A stretch of 64,000 bases of DNA from Nitrospirota bacterium (GTDB taxonomy: Bacteria; Nitrospirota; UBA9217), in the NCBI GenBank assembly GCA_963740085.1, contig CAVUCU010000005.1, forward strand, positions 128,001-192,000, given 5' to 3'. Position 1 is the stretch's first letter. Each line of letters opens with the position of its first letter. Positions 20,443-32,562 of this stretch are shown one piece after another. Made by a program: the position numbers and the translations under genes. The notes below the pieces were generated by a model. That model did not search any database, was not told where the DNA came from, and worked only from the letters and a program-made list of their open reading frames with translations.

Positions 20443-21741
20443 TTACCGTCTCCCTTTGACCGAAGCGCCTTTCAGGAAACCTCCATAATGCCTTTGAATG
20501 AGGTGCGACTCTATCTGCGATACGGTATCAAGCGCAACACCGATAACAATCAGGAGCGAGGTGCCCCCGAAATAAAAAGGCACATTAAAAAATTTATAAA
20601 AGATGTCCGGCAAAACGCAGACTGCCGCAAGATAGAGTGCTCCGCCCAGCGTAATGCGGGTCAGCACACGATACAGATAGTCTGATGTCTTTTTGCCCGG
20701 CCTGATCCCCGGGATGAACCCGCCGTACTTTTTCAGGTTATCGGCGATATCCACTGGATTGAACACGATCGCCGTATAAAAATATGCGAAAAAAATGATC
20801 ATCACCACATAGACGGTCGTGTACAGCAGTTTCCCCGGTGAAAGCTGCTGTGCGATCGATTGTATCCACGGGACCTGCGTAAACCCTGCGATCGTCGCAG
20901 GAAATAGCAATATTGAGGACGCGAAGATCGGTGGGATCACACCGGCCGAATTAACTTTCAGCGGCAGGTGGGTACTCTGGCCCTTGTAAATTTTCCTCCC
21001 GACCATCCGTTGCGCATACTGGACGGATATTTTTCTCTGACCGCGCTCCATAATGATAATGGCCGCAATGACAGCAATGATGATGACGAGTATCACTGCT
21101 ACCAGGAAATACGGGATCTCACCGGATCGGGCGAGCTGGACGGTATTGGACACAGCGCGGGGAAAACCCGCGACGATACCCGCAAATATGATGAGCGAGA
21201 TGCCATTGCCGATCCCGCGTTCGGTAATCTGCTCGCCAAGCCACATGATGAACGTTGTGCCGGCCGTAAGCGTGATCATGGTGAGGATGCGGAAAGACCA
21301 TCCGGTGGATTCCACAAATGCGCCGTCTCCCATCTTCTCGATGCCTACCGCCATCCAGAATGATTGAAAACCGGCAATGGCTACCGTTCCGTACCGTGTA
21401 TACTCGGTAATCTTTTTCCGGCCGGCCTCACCCTCTTTGGCAAGCGCCTGCAACCGGGGGATTACCACGGTAAGAAGCTGAAGCACGATCGATGCTGTAA
21501 TATAGGGCATGATACCGAGAGCGAAAATAGTGACCCTCGAAAGCGCCCCACCCGAAAACATGTCGAAAAAACCCATGAGACCCGCTGCCGCCTGATGCAG
21601 GTACTGGCTCAACGCCTCGCCTCTTACACCGGGTGTAGGAATGTGACAGCCTACCCGGTATACCGCAAGCATCAGAAGGGTGAAAACGATCCTCTTCCTG
21701 AGTTCGGGGATATTAAATATATTCTTCAGGCCCGTGAACAA
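20443..21741 (-). CDS. secY: Preprotein translocase SecY
   Basis: FALGIMPYITASI, ERGIGNGISL, GGFIPGIRPG, GGTSLLI. Confidence 0.98.
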   Translation of the reverse strand: MFTGLKNIFNIPELRKRIVFTLLMLAVYRVGCHIPTPGVRGEALSQYLHQAAAGLMGFFDMFSGGALSRVTIFALGIMPYITASIVLQLLTVVIPRLQALAKEGEAGRKKITEYTRYGTVAIAGFQSFWMAVGIEKMGDGAFVESTGWSFRILTMITLTAGTTFIMWLGEQITERGIGNGISLIIFAGIVAGFPRAVSNTVQLARSGEIPYFLVAVILVIIIAVIAAIIIMERGQRKISVQYAQRMVGRKIYKGQSTHLPLKVNSAGVIPPIFASSILLFPATIAGFTQVPWIQSIAQQLSPGKLLYTTVYVVMIIFFAYFYTAIVFNPVDIADNLKKYGGFIPGIRPGKKTSDYLYRVLTRITLGGALYLAAVCVLPDIFYKFFNVPFYFGGTSLLIVIGVALDTVSQIESHLIQRHYGGFLKGASVKGRR

Positions 21742-21744
21742 GGA

Positions 21745-22185
21745 TCAGATTACCTCGACCTTCCCGCCGGCGGCCTGGATTTTTTCCACAGCGCTCTTGC
21801 TGAACTTGTGCGCACGCACGGTAAGTTTTGCCTTCAACTCACCCATGCCGAGCACTTTAACGCCGGTCTTCATATCCTTGATCAAACCTTTTTGCATAAG
21901 CATCTCGGGTGTGATGGGATCAGTGCCGGCCACAGCTTCGAGGTCCTGAAGGTTCACAACGGAATAGTCCTTGCGGAATATATTGGTGAACCCCCGCTTC
22001 GGAATCCTGCGCTGAAGCGGCATCTGACCGCCTTCAAACCCAGCGCCCTTCACTCCGCCTGAGCGGGCCTTCTGTCCCTTATGCCCTTTTCCGGCAGTCT
22101 TGCCGGATCCGGAGCCCGGGCCTCTGCCGACCCTCTTTGCTTTTTTCTTTGCCCCTGCTGCGGGCTTCAGTTCTTCTAATCTCAT
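21745..22185 (-). CDS. rplO: 50S ribosomal protein L15
   Basis: [25 protein letters not shown]. Confidence 0.98.
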   Translation of the reverse strand: MRLEELKPAAGAKKKAKRVGRGPGSGSGKTAGKGHKGQKARSGGVKGAGFEGGQMPLQRRIPKRGFTNIFRKDYSVVNLQDLEAVAGTDPITPEMLMQKGLIKDMKTGVKVLGMGELKAKLTVRAHKFSKSAVEKIQAAGGKVEVI

Positions 22186-22242
22186 AATTTACTCGCGACC
22201 ATCATTGACCCGTAATTAAGATTTGTCATGCAAATGCTTCCG

Positions 22243-22437
22243 TTATGCCTGTTCCACCTTAACGAGGTGAGATACCTTAGTGATCATACCGCGTATTTGC
22301 GGTGTGTCCAAACGAATGACGGAGTGGTTCATTTTTTTTAGACCCAGACCGATCAGGACAACCTTATGCTTTCCCGGTCGAGCAATGCCACTTTTTACAA
22401 GCGTAATTTTAAGCTTTTTTTCATTGGATTTTGCCAT
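22243..22437 (-). CDS. rpmD: 50S ribosomal protein L30
   Basis: KITLVKS..LGL..TPQIRGMI; position in the spc operon. Confidence 0.95.
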   Translation of the reverse strand: MAKSNEKKLKITLVKSGIARPGKHKVVLIGLGLKKMNHSVIRLDTPQIRGMITKVSHLVKVEQA

Positions 22438-22439
22438 GC

Positions 22440-22949
22440 CTATCCAAGCTCCTCTATCGATCTGCCGCGAAGCGTCGCAACCTGTTCTGCACTCCTGAGT
22501 CTCATTAGTCCTTCTATCGTGGCGCTCACCACGTTATGGGGATTGCTCGATCCAAGAGATTTGCAAAGCACATTCCGGATACCCACGACCTCGAGCACGG
22601 ATCTGCTCGCTCCGCCTGCGATCAAACCGGTACCCTCGGAAGCCGGCTTGAGCAACACCTTTCCGGCACCATAATGTCCGAGTACCCGGTGTGGAATTGT
22701 GTCGCCTTTCAGAGAGATCTGAATCATGCTCTTTTTGGCGCGTTCTACGGCCTTCTTGATGGCTACCGGTGCTTCTGCTGCCTTGCCCTTACCTACGCCA
22801 ATCTTCCCCTTGCCGTCGCCGACAACCACCAGCGCGCTGAAGTTAAAGCGCTTACCGCCCTTGACCACCTTGGCCACGCGGTTCAGGAAGACCAGTTTAT
22901 CCTTCAGGCCGTCGCTTTCCTCTGCTGATTTTTGATATCGTTCTGCCAA
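22440..22949 (-). CDS. rpsE: 30S ribosomal protein S5
   Basis: [23 protein letters not shown]; TTG start. Confidence 0.97.
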   Translation of the reverse strand: MAERYQKSAEESDGLKDKLVFLNRVAKVVKGGKRFNFSALVVVGDGKGKIGVGKGKAAEAPVAIKKAVERAKKSMIQISLKGDTIPHRVLGHYGAGKVLLKPASEGTGLIAGGASRSVLEVVGIRNVLCKSLGSSNPHNVVSATIEGLMRLRSAEQVATLRGRSIEELG

Positions 22950-22976
22950 TGCCGCCTCCGAATTGAACGTCGTTTC

Positions 22977-23339
22977 CTAAAAGCTGAGCCCCTTCTCGCG
23001 CGCCGCATCTGCCAGCGCCTTAACACACCCGTGGTATTGATACCCGCCGCGGTCAAATACGACCAGCTTTATATTCTTGCCAAGCGCCCGCTCGGCAATG
23101 CTCGCGCCAACCCTCTTGGCCGCCTCAACGTTCCCGCAATGCTTCAGCCCGTCATGGAGCGTTTTCTCCGTCGAGGACGCGGCAATAATTGTCTTACCGG
23201 TGGTATCGTCAATGATCTGCGCGTAGATATGGCTGAGGCTCTTGTATACGCTCAGTCTTGGACGCGTTGCCGTTCCGTACACGGTCTTTCTGACTCTCTC
23301 ATGCCGTCTCTGTCTGGCTTTTAATTTGCTCTGTGCCAC
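22977..23339 (-). CDS. rplR: 50S ribosomal protein L18
   Basis: [26 protein letters not shown]. Confidence 0.97.
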   Translation of the reverse strand: MAQSKLKARQRRHERVRKTVYGTATRPRLSVYKSLSHIYAQIIDDTTGKTIIAASSTEKTLHDGLKHCGNVEAAKRVGASIAERALGKNIKLVVFDRGGYQYHGCVKALADAAREKGLSF

Positions 23340-23413
23340 GGTTTCTTCTCCATCATCATGGTAAACGCTGACCCCGATATCAAATCAGCGATTCTAAAAT
23401 TCTGAATGATTTT

Positions 23414-23962
23414 CTATTTCCCGCCCTTACCAGCCTTGCCTTCCTTGCGCTTAATGACCTCGGTACTATACTTGATACCCTTCCCCTTGTATGGCTCCGG
23501 TTTCTTCAGGCTTCTCAAGTTCGCAGCGATCTGGCCCACAAGCTGCTTATCAACTCCCTTGAGCGTGATCTGGGTCTGCTTGGAGTCTACTGTCGCCTTG
23601 ATCCCCTTGGGCATGGGATAGATGATCGGGTGCGAGAACCCGAGACTCAACATCAGGTTCGAACCCTGGGCCGCAGCCTTGAATCCAACACCGGAAATCT
23701 CAAGGGTTTTCTCATACCCTTTGCTTACCCCGGTCACCATATTGGCAATCAGGTTTCTCGTCAACCCGTGCATTTCGCGGTAGAGTTTCTGATTTGACGG
23801 TCGCTCGACCACAAGGGTGTTGCTTTCTTTCTTGATGGTCAGCTTTGGGTTCACATTCTGGCTCATCTCGCCCAGCGGGCCCTTGACCGTTACTTTTCCG
23901 GTCTCGAGTTTGGCCTCGACGCCGGATGGGATTTCTATCGGTTTTTTACCAACCCTCGACAT
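23414..23962 (-). CDS. rplF: 50S ribosomal protein L6
   Basis: MSRVGKKP..LGFSH..PEPYKGKGI. Confidence 0.98.
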   Translation of the reverse strand: MSRVGKKPIEIPSGVEAKLETGKVTVKGPLGEMSQNVNPKLTIKKESNTLVVERPSNQKLYREMHGLTRNLIANMVTGVSKGYEKTLEISGVGFKAAAQGSNLMLSLGFSHPIIYPMPKGIKATVDSKQTQITLKGVDKQLVGQIAANLRSLKKPEPYKGKGIKYSTEVIKRKEGKAGKGGK

Positions 23963-24006
23963 GACAGCTCCTAACATCCTGATCGGACGAATTCAATTAA
24001 CTGCTA

Positions 24007-24402
24007 TTACCAAACATGGCAGAGGACTTCTCCGCCCACGTTGTCCTTCTTCGCCTGCTTGCCGGTCTGTATCCCCTTCGGCGTGGACAGAATCGCCGTG
24101 CCAAGGCCATCCAGCACTTTGGGAATGGCATCATTACCCGCGTACACCCTGCAGCCGGGCTTACTGATCCGCTTCAGGCCCTGAAGAACCGGGGCCTCTT
24201 CTTCTGTGTACTTGAGATACACGCGGATCAGACCCTGCCGGCGGTCTTTTACCAATTTCACGTTCTTGACAAATCCCTCGTCTTTCAGAATCTTCGCTAT
24301 CTCCACCTTCAGCTTGGAGGAGGGAATGTCCACTTTTTCATGTTTTGCCTTACTGGCATTGCGGATGCGCGTCAGCATATCCGCGATAGGATCGGTCATC
24401 AT
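24007..24402 (-). CDS. rpsH: 30S ribosomal protein S8
   Basis: [27 protein letters not shown]. Confidence 0.98.
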   Translation of the reverse strand: MMTDPIADMLTRIRNASKAKHEKVDIPSSKLKVEIAKILKDEGFVKNVKLVKDRRQGLIRVYLKYTEEEAPVLQGLKRISKPGCRVYAGNDAIPKVLDGLGTAILSTPKGIQTGKQAKKDNVGGEVLCHVW

Positions 24403-24421
24403 TGATTCAAACCCCTTTTGC

Positions 24422-24607
24422 TTACCAACTCGCCTTGATCACGCCCGGGATCTCTCCCTTGAGCGCCCTGTTTCTGAAGCAGATCCTGCACAGGTCAAAT
24501 TTTCGTAGATAGCCCCGAGATCGACCGCACAGCGGACAGCGGGAGTATTTACGAACTTTAAACTTCGGTGCTCTCGATGCCTTCGCTATCAAAGACTTCT
24601 TTGCCAT
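24422..24607 (-). CDS. rpsN: 30S ribosomal protein S14 (short Zn type)
   Basis: 61 aa, RCPLCGR..CRICFR..ASW. Confidence 0.97.
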   Translation of the reverse strand: MAKKSLIAKASRAPKFKVRKYSRCPLCGRSRGYLRKFDLCRICFRNRALKGEIPGVIKASW

Positions 24608-24636
24608 TGTTCCTCCGTCCCCTCCATCCGGTTGGA

Positions 24637-25359
24637 CTACTTCCTGTACGGCATCCCCAGATGGCCGAGCAATGCCCTACCTTCTTCATCGGTCTTCGCC
24701 GTCGTTACAATCACGATATCGAGTCCGTGTACCGAGTCCACCTTGTCGAAATCAATCTCAGGGAAAATCACCTGTTCCTTGATACCAACCGTATAGTTGC
24801 CTCTCCCGTCAAACGACTTTGACGACACGCCCTTAAAATCCCTGATGCGCGGAAGCGCGGCGTTGATAAATCGGTCAAGGAACTCATACATGCGCTCGCG
24901 CCTGAGGGTCACCATACAACCAATCGACATTCCCTCCCTGAGCTTGAAGGTTGCGATAGATTTTTTAGCGCGGGTGATAACGGGACGCTGGCCGGTTATT
25001 TTTCCAAGTTCTTCAGCGGCATGGTCAAGCGCTTTTGCATTGGTGATCGCCTCACCCAGACCTACGTTCAGTACGACCTTAACAATCTTCGGCGCCTGCA
25101 TAGGGTTTTTATACTGGAATTCCTTCATGAGCGCCGGGACGACGACGTCATGATAGCGCTGTCTCAGCCTCGGCGTCGGGATGCGCTCCGGTGCGGTCTT
25201 CTTGGCAACGGATGCCGATGCCCCTTCGGCAGTCTTGGCATCCTTCTTTGCATCCTTTGGCGAGGCCTTCGACTTCGCAGCCACCTTGGGGGCCTTGGCA
25301 GCATCTTTCTTTTTGTCGCCGCCTTTTGCCTCTTTTGACTTATCTTTCTTATCTGCCAT
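24637..25359 (-). CDS. rplE: 50S ribosomal protein L5 with ~60 aa Lys/Ala-rich N-terminal extension
   Basis: [30 protein letters not shown]. Confidence 0.96.
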   Translation of the reverse strand: MADKKDKSKEAKGGDKKKDAAKAPKVAAKSKASPKDAKKDAKTAEGASASVAKKTAPERIPTPRLRQRYHDVVVPALMKEFQYKNPMQAPKIVKVVLNVGLGEAITNAKALDHAAEELGKITGQRPVITRAKKSIATFKLREGMSIGCMVTLRRERMYEFLDRFINAALPRIRDFKGVSSKSFDGRGNYTVGIKEQVIFPEIDFDKVDSVHGLDIVIVTTAKTDEEGRALLGHLGMPYRK

Positions 25360-25420
25360 GATCTCTTTTCCCTATTTCACTAAGTATGGACATCCTCACG
25401 CTGCGCCGACGGTATGCGCA

Positions 25421-25732
25421 TCAATCAATGATCTCGTTGCAGGTTTTGCATACGCGATTGCGTGTACCGTCACCCTGCGTCGCCCGGGACGTGGCCGTCG
25501 GCTTGTCGCATTTCGCACAGATAAGCCTTACGTTCGAGGCGGCAATGGGGCTCTCTTTCTCGAGGATACCGCCTTGCCTGAGCTGCTGGTTGGGTTTTGT
25601 ATGCCGCTTGATCATATTAAGCTTCTCAATGAGGAGGCGGTTGGTAGCTGGATACACTGCGATTACCCTGCCTCGCTTCCCCTTCTCCTTGCCGGAAACC
25701 ACCATCACGTTGTCATTTTTTTTAATCTGCAT
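25421..25732 (-). CDS. rplX: 50S ribosomal protein L24
   Basis: IKKNDNVMVVSGKEKGKRG..SNV. Confidence 0.96.
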   Translation of the reverse strand: MQIKKNDNVMVVSGKEKGKRGRVIAVYPATNRLLIEKLNMIKRHTKPNQQLRQGGILEKESPIAASNVRLICAKCDKPTATSRATQGDGTRNRVCKTCNEIID

Positions 25733-25779
25733 TTTTCTGATCCTATTTTTCCGTAACCTGGTTATGGACGACACTATTC

Positions 25780-26148
25780 CTACAAAACTTCGGGCGCAAG
25801 TGAAATGATCTTCATAAAGTTCTTCTTGCGGAGTTCTCGGGCGACGGGCCCGAAGATGCGCGTCCCGATAGGCTCATTTGATGCATTGATAAGCACTGCC
25901 GCGTTCCGGTCGAACTTGATGTACGATCCGTCCTGCCGACGAACTTCCTTCGTGGTCCGGACGACGACGGCCTTGGCAACCGTTCCCTTTTTAGCCTGTC
26001 CCTCGGGAATTGCCGCCTTGATGGCCACGACGATTATGTCGCCGAGCGAGGCATAGCGCTTCCGCGTTCCGCCGAGGACCTTTATGCACATCACTTTTTT
26101 TGCGCCGGAATTATCGGCGACATCCAATACCGTCTGCTGCTGAATCAT
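25780..26148 (-). CDS. rplN: 50S ribosomal protein L14
   Basis: [21 protein letters not shown]. Confidence 0.98.
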   Translation of the reverse strand: MIQQQTVLDVADNSGAKKVMCIKVLGGTRKRYASLGDIIVVAIKAAIPEGQAKKGTVAKAVVVRTTKEVRRQDGSYIKFDRNAAVLINASNEPIGTRIFGPVARELRKKNFMKIISLAPEVL

Positions 26149-26177
26149 AGTTCATCCTCAGAAAGGGTTTTTGTACT

Positions 26178-26438
26178 TTATTGATTGGCCTTCTCGACGA
26201 TCTCAAGAACTTTCCATCTTTTTTCTTTGGAGAGAGGTCTGGTCTCGATGAACCGGACCACGTCGCCCACCTTGCATTCGTTCTTTTCGTCATGGACCTT
26301 GAACTTGGTGGTCCGCTTGATGGTCTTGGTGTACTTCGCGTGAGCAATTCGCCTCGTTACCGCGAGCACCACCGTCTTATCCATCTTGTCACTGACGACC
26401 TGTCCCATATATGTTTTTCGCTTCTTATACTCTTCCAT
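26178..26438 (-). CDS. rpsQ: 30S ribosomal protein S17
   Basis: [25 protein letters not shown]. Confidence 0.98.
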   Translation of the reverse strand: MEEYKKRKTYMGQVVSDKMDKTVVLAVTRRIAHAKYTKTIKRTTKFKVHDEKNECKVGDVVRFIETRPLSKEKRWKVLEIVEKANQ

Positions 26439-26625
26439 ACTTTTCCTTTAAGATTGTCTTGGTTTTGGCGATGTCCCGGCGCAACGTCCTGAGGCGCATC
26501 GGGTTCTCGATCTGGCCCATGGCCTGTTGAAACCGGAGATTGAACAATTCTTTTTTGAGATCAGCCGCCTTGGTCTGCAGTTCGTCATTCGACAGGTCTC
26601 TCAGGTCCTTTACGATAGTCTTCAT
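26425..26625 (-). CDS. rpmC: 50S ribosomal protein L29
   Basis: [14 protein letters not shown]. Confidence 0.96.
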   Translation of the reverse strand: MKTIVKDLRDLSNDELQTKAADLKKELFNLRFQQAMGQIENPMRLRTLRRDIAKTKTILKEKYGRV

Positions 26626-27038
26626 ACTTCAGCCTCCCGGGAGACAAACTTCGTGGCGATCGGCAGCTTGTATGCCGCAAGCCTGAACGCCTCCCTCGCC
26701 ACGGATTCGTCAACTCCACCCATCTCGTAGAGCACGCGACCGGGCTTCACAACGGCGACCCAGTACTCGGGCGCGCCCTTGCCTTTTCCCATACGCGTTT
26801 CCGCGGGCTTTTTTGTAATCGGCTTGTCAGGGAATATTCGTATCCAGATCTTGCCTCCCCGTTTGACGTAACGAGTCATGGCGATACGAGCCGCCTCGAT
26901 CTGCCGGCTCGAGATCCAACCCGGCTCCAGGACCTTCAGCCCATATTCACCGTAGCTTACTTCCGCTCCCCGGCAGGCAATGCCGTTCATATTTCCTTTG
27001 TGCATCTTTCTGTGCTTTACTCGTTTGGGTGACAACAT
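26622..27038 (-). CDS. rplP: 50S ribosomal protein L16
   Basis: [15 protein letters not shown]. Confidence 0.98.
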   Translation of the reverse strand: MLSPKRVKHRKMHKGNMNGIACRGAEVSYGEYGLKVLEPGWISSRQIEAARIAMTRYVKRGGKIWIRIFPDKPITKKPAETRMGKGKGAPEYWVAVVKPGRVLYEMGGVDESVAREAFRLAAYKLPIATKFVSREAEV

Positions 27039-27084
27039 AATATAAATCCTTTATCTCGGTAATCTTGTGTCTGCAATAAGGCCT

Positions 27085-27735
27085 TTATGCAACGGCGGTT
27101 GGCTTCGGCACCTGGAGCACGTCCCCGCGATAGATCCATACCTTTACGCCGATCTGCCCCATCGTGGTCTTGGCCTCAAAGAAGCCATACTGAATATCGG
27201 CCCGCAGCGTATGGAGCGGCACCCGGCCCTCACGGTACCATTCGGTCCTTGCGATCTCGCCGCCAGCCAGTCTTCCGGCGCACATTATCTTAATACCCTG
27301 AGCACCCAGCCTAAGCGCTGAGGTCACTGACTTCTTCATGGCCCTGCGAAACGCAATCCTGCGCTCCAGTTGGAGCGCTATATTCTCAGCGACAAGTTGA
27401 GCATCGAGCTCCGGACGTCTGATCTCCTGGATATTTATGTACATCTGCTTCCCGGTCATGGTCTCAAGATCTTTCTTGAGCTTGTCAACCTCAGCACCTT
27501 TTTTACCGATGATAATGCCGGGCCGCGCCGTATGAATGTTGATCTTTGCCTTCTGGCCCGCGCGCTCTATCTCAATCTTGGAGACCCCTGCATGCATGAG
27601 CCTCTCCTTGACGATCTTACGAATTTTGAGATCCTCATGCAGCAACGTTGCATAGTTCTTCTGGGAGAACCAGCGCGAATCCCACGTTTTTATAATCCCG
27701 AGCCGAAACCCGATTGGGTGAACCTTCTGTCCCAT
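27085..27735 (-). CDS. rpsC: 30S ribosomal protein S3
   Basis: [24 protein letters not shown]. Confidence 0.98.
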   Translation of the reverse strand: MGQKVHPIGFRLGIIKTWDSRWFSQKNYATLLHEDLKIRKIVKERLMHAGVSKIEIERAGQKAKINIHTARPGIIIGKKGAEVDKLKKDLETMTGKQMYINIQEIRRPELDAQLVAENIALQLERRIAFRRAMKKSVTSALRLGAQGIKIMCAGRLAGGEIARTEWYREGRVPLHTLRADIQYGFFEAKTTMGQIGVKVWIYRGDVLQVPKPTAVA

Positions 27736-27755
27736 GATGCCTCCGTATGGTATGA

Positions 27756-28085
27756 CTACGCTGAGAGTACCAGCGTTATGTGGCTGGTCCGCTTTCTAAT
27801 AGTATTGCCGCGTCCCATGGCCCGGGCCCGCATCCGCTTCATGGTAACACCCTGGTTCACGTAGGCCTTTGTCACCTTGAGTGCATCCGGATCTCCCACC
27901 TTTTTTTGTTCAGCATTCGCTAACGCGGAATCCAAAAGCTTCTTGACTACACGAGCAGCATGCAGCGGCGTGAACGTGAGAATATTGAGCGCATCTCCCA
28001 CCATCTTGCCTCTGATAAGGTCTATGACCTGCCTCGCCTTGCGCGGCGTAATGCGTATATGTCTTATTGTTGCGCTTGCTTCCAT
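27756..28085 (-). CDS. rplV: 50S ribosomal protein L22
   Basis: [19 protein letters not shown]. Confidence 0.97.
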   Translation of the reverse strand: MEASATIRHIRITPRKARQVIDLIRGKMVGDALNILTFTPLHAARVVKKLLDSALANAEQKKVGDPDALKVTKAYVNQGVTMKRMRARAMGRGNTIRKRTSHITLVLSA

Positions 28086-28128
28086 CTGATCACCCTCACT
28101 CTACTCTCATACACTGCGTTTTTGAGTA

Positions 28129-28419
28129 TTACTTCGGTGCGCTCGTCTTTTCCGCGGCCTTTGACCCGCTATGAGCCTTGAACATCCGTGTCGGCGAAAA
28201 TTCACCGAGCTTATGACCGACCATGTTCTCGGTGATATACACCGGAATAAACTTCCGTCCGTTATGCACCGCCAGGGTGTGTCCCACAAAATCCGGTGTA
28301 ATCGTCGATCTGCGCGACCATGTCTTCGTAATCTTTTTTTCGCCCATAGTGTTCATGGCCTCAACTTTTTTCATGAGGCTTTCGTCTATAAAAGGGCCTT
28401 TTTTAACTGATCTCGGCAC
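28129..28419 (-). CDS. rpsS: 30S ribosomal protein S19
   Basis: [21 protein letters not shown]. Confidence 0.98.
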   Translation of the reverse strand: MPRSVKKGPFIDESLMKKVEAMNTMGEKKITKTWSRRSTITPDFVGHTLAVHNGRKFIPVYITENMVGHKLGEFSPTRMFKAHSGSKAAEKTSAPK

Positions 28420-28437
28420 CGTATCCTCCGTTCTACT

Positions 28438-28520
28438 ACGATGGACGATTGACGTCCGCCCGCATCGCTCGCTCGGACGACGGACGCTTTTTCGTCCCTC
28501 GTCCTTCGTCTCTCGTCCTT
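28438..28520. repeat. GC-rich heptamer hairpin element between rplB and rpsS
   Basis: ACGATGG ACGATTG ACG..CGCATCGCTCGCTCGG ACGACGG ACG..TCGTCCC TCGTCCT TCGTCTC TCGTCC. Confidence 0.8.
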
Positions 28521-28533
28521 CAATGCTGTTTCG

Positions 28534-29361
28534 TTACCTGCTCTTGGTTCTTCTCGATATAATAAACTTGTTTGTTGTTTTGTTATTCCGCGTCTTCTTG
28601 CCGTCCGGAAGACCCCATGGAGAGCACCCTGGCCTTCCGCCGGACGACTTGCCTTCGCCGCCGCCAAGCGGATGATCGACGGGATTCATCACCACGCCAC
28701 GGACCCTCGGCCTCATACCCATCCAGCGGGCCCTGCCGGCCTTGCCGATGCTGATGTTCTCGTGATCAAGATTCCCTACCTGTCCGATGGTCGCCATACA
28801 TTCGGAACGTACCATTCGTACTTCCCCGGAGTTGAGCCGAAGCGTGGCATATTCACCTTCTCGCGCCAGGAGCTGCACCGATGCGCCTGCGCTCCGCGCA
28901 AGCTGACCGCCGGACCCGCGCTTAAGCTCCACATTGTGAAGGGTGGTACCAACGGGTATCAATGTAATCGGCAATGCATTCCCCGGCTTGATATCGGAAT
29001 CCGGCCCTGACATGACGCTATCGCCCACCTTCAGGCTGAGTGGAGCCAGGATGTACCGCTTCTCCCCATCCGCATAATGAAGGAGCGCTATTCTCGCTGA
29101 GCGATTCGGATCATATTCTATCTGCGCCACTTTTGCGGGAATCCCGATCTTGTCGCGCCTGAAATCAATGATCCTGTATTTTTTTCTGTGTCCGCCGCCG
29201 CGATACCGTACGGTTATTTTACCGCGGTTGTTTCTGCCGCCGCTCTGGTTGAGTTTGGCAAGCAGCGATTTTTCCGGCGTGCTTCGCGTTATTTCTTCAA
29301 ACGTCGAGGAAGTCTGGAACCGTCTTCCAGGAGATGTTGGATTATAGGATTTTACCGGCAT
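28534..29361 (-). CDS. rplB: 50S ribosomal protein L2
   Basis: [21 protein letters not shown]. Confidence 0.98.
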   Translation of the reverse strand: MPVKSYNPTSPGRRFQTSSTFEEITRSTPEKSLLAKLNQSGGRNNRGKITVRYRGGGHRKKYRIIDFRRDKIGIPAKVAQIEYDPNRSARIALLHYADGEKRYILAPLSLKVGDSVMSGPDSDIKPGNALPITLIPVGTTLHNVELKRGSGGQLARSAGASVQLLAREGEYATLRLNSGEVRMVRSECMATIGQVGNLDHENISIGKAGRARWMGMRPRVRGVVMNPVDHPLGGGEGKSSGGRPGCSPWGLPDGKKTRNNKTTNKFIISRRTKSR

Positions 29362-29655
29362 TTACGCACCCTCGAATATAGCGATTTTTTCGCCCGGCTT
29401 AAGCGTAACGTACGCTTTTTTCCAGTCCGATCTGCGGCCTAACCGCTGACCGACCCGTTTGTTCTTGCCTGCGTTCTTAACCGTGGTCACATCGGCGACC
29501 TTCACCTTGAAGATTCCCTCGATCGCCTTCTTCACCTGTACCTTATTTGCATCAACCTTCACTTCGAAGGTCAGGACATTGTTCTTTTCCTTCAGCCGCG
29601 CGCCTTTTTCCGTTATCCGCGGAACACGAATGATGTCATACATGTCAATCGTCAT
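29362..29655 (-). CDS. rplW: 50S ribosomal protein L23
   Basis: ITEK..WKKAYVTL. Confidence 0.97.
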   Translation of the reverse strand: MTIDMYDIIRVPRITEKGARLKEKNNVLTFEVKVDANKVQVKKAIEGIFKVKVADVTTVKNAGKNKRVGQRLGRRSDWKKAYVTLKPGEKIAIFEGA

Positions 29656-30275
29656 TTACCGAAAACCTCCTGCATGGAGTTAAGAGCGTCCTGCGTCGTA
29701 ATGAGGTAGCGGTACTTGAGCAAGTCATAGATATTGATGTTGTCCATTCTGAGCACCTTGACCGACGGAATGTTCCGGGCGGCCAGCGTCAGGTTTTTGT
29801 TCTCCGATGTGATCAGGATAAGCGCGTTTTCCTGTACCCCGAGCGTTTCAAGCATCGTGGAAACCAGCGTGGTCTTGGGCTCTGCGAGTTCAAGCTTCTC
29901 AATAAGCACAAGCCTGTTCTCAGCGAGCTTTGATGCAAGGGCGTCAATGAGCGCAGCCCGCTTTGCCTTTTTCGGGAGGGCATAGGAATAATTCCTCGGC
30001 ATGGGACCGAAGCAGGTGCCGCCATGCCTCCAGAGCGGGGAGCGGTTGCTTCCCGAGCGCGCCCTGCCCGTGCCCTTCTGCTTCCATGGTTTCGCTCCAC
30101 CGCCGCTCACGAGTGCCTTGTTCTTCGTGGACGCGGTGCCCGCACGCTTGTTCGCGAGCTGGTTCACCACCGCGGCGTGCATGAGATGCGGCCTTACCTC
30201 CGCTGAAAAAAGTCCCGGAAGTTCCACATCCTTCACTTTTTTGTTGTTCTGGTCAACCATTGCGACTGATGGCAT
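29652..30275 (-). CDS. rplD: 50S ribosomal protein L4
   Basis: KPWKQKGTGRAR..GG..FGP. Confidence 0.98.
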   Translation of the reverse strand: MPSVAMVDQNNKKVKDVELPGLFSAEVRPHLMHAAVVNQLANKRAGTASTKNKALVSGGGAKPWKQKGTGRARSGSNRSPLWRHGGTCFGPMPRNYSYALPKKAKRAALIDALASKLAENRLVLIEKLELAEPKTTLVSTMLETLGVQENALILITSENKNLTLAARNIPSVKVLRMDNINIYDLLKYRYLITTQDALNSMQEVFGK

Positions 30276-30298
30276 TTCAATAACCCTCTATTTTTCTT

Positions 30299-30913
30299 TT
30301 AATCAGCCTTGTAGATAAGGAGCAGCCCGTTAACGCCGCCCGGTACCGCTCCGCGGACAAACAAAAGGTTCTGATCAGGCCGGACATCGACGATCTCTAA
30401 ATTTTTAATAGTCTGATTGACCACACCCATGTGTCCCGGAAGTTTTTTCCCCGGCCATACTCGCGACGGATAGGCGCTCGCACCGATCGATCCCGGCGCA
30501 CGGTTGAACATGGAGCCGTGGCCACCGGGTCCGCCCGCAAAATTATGCCTCTTCATCACCCCGGCAAACCCTTTACCCTTGGTGACGCCGCTCACCGCAA
30601 TCAATTCGCCTTTTTTGAAAATGTCAGCCGTCACCACCTGCCCCTGCTCAAAATCCCCGGTGCGGAACTCCCGCAGGAACCGGTGGGGCTGCACATTCGC
30701 CTTTTTAAAGTGGCCGGCAAGGGCCTTCGTAATACGGCCCTGTTTCTTTTCCTCATCAAAAGCAAGCTGGACTGACTCGTATCCATCATGTTCTGTGGTT
30801 TTTTTCTGCACCACCGTACACGGGCCCGCCTGGATAACGGTGACCGGTATGAGTTCCCCGCCGCTGTAGTGCTGGCTCATGCCTATCTTTTTTCCGATGA
30901 TTCCCTTGTTCAT
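30299..30913 (-). CDS. rplC: 50S ribosomal protein L3
   Basis: [28 protein letters not shown]. Confidence 0.98.
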   Translation of the reverse strand: MNKGIIGKKIGMSQHYSGGELIPVTVIQAGPCTVVQKKTTEHDGYESVQLAFDEEKKQGRITKALAGHFKKANVQPHRFLREFRTGDFEQGQVVTADIFKKGELIAVSGVTKGKGFAGVMKRHNFAGGPGGHGSMFNRAPGSIGASAYPSRVWPGKKLPGHMGVVNQTIKNLEIVDVRPDQNLLFVRGAVPGGVNGLLLIYKAD

Positions 30914-30958
30914 TACCTATCCCCTCACCCACGCCAAGGCGTGGCCGGTTTTTCTTTT

Positions 30959-31264
30959 CTACAGTTTGATCTCCACATCAACGCCTGCCGCAAGATCAAG
31001 CTTCATAAGAGCATCCACAGTCTGTGGCGTGGGATCCAGAATGTCCATCAGCCGTTTATGTGTCCTGATTTCAAACTGCTCGCGAGACTTCTTGTCTACA
31101 TGGGGAGAGCGGAGCACAGTCCAGCGATTGATCCTGGTCGGGAGCGGAATGGGGCCTGACACCTTGGCTCCAGTCCTCTTTGCCGTATCCATAATTTCTA
31201 CCGCAGACTGGTCGAGCAGTCGGTGGTCATATCCTTTTAATCGTATTCTGATCTTCTGTGTCAC
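30959..31264 (-). CDS. rpsJ: 30S ribosomal protein S10
   Basis: [28 protein letters not shown]; GTG 31264 is the likely start. Confidence 0.97.
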   Translation of the reverse strand: MTQKIRIRLKGYDHRLLDQSAVEIMDTAKRTGAKVSGPIPLPTRINRWTVLRSPHVDKKSREQFEIRTHKRLMDILDPTPQTVDALMKLDLAAGVDVEIKL

Positions 31265-31310
31265 GTGCTTTTCCTTCCCCAATTAGTACGGGTGAATTTT
31301 CTTTACGCTC

Positions 31311-32510
<1,200 letters not shown>

Positions 32511-32562
32511 GCTGTCCGCCTCCTGATCGGGAAGTGAAAAATTATAAAACGAAAGGATGAAA

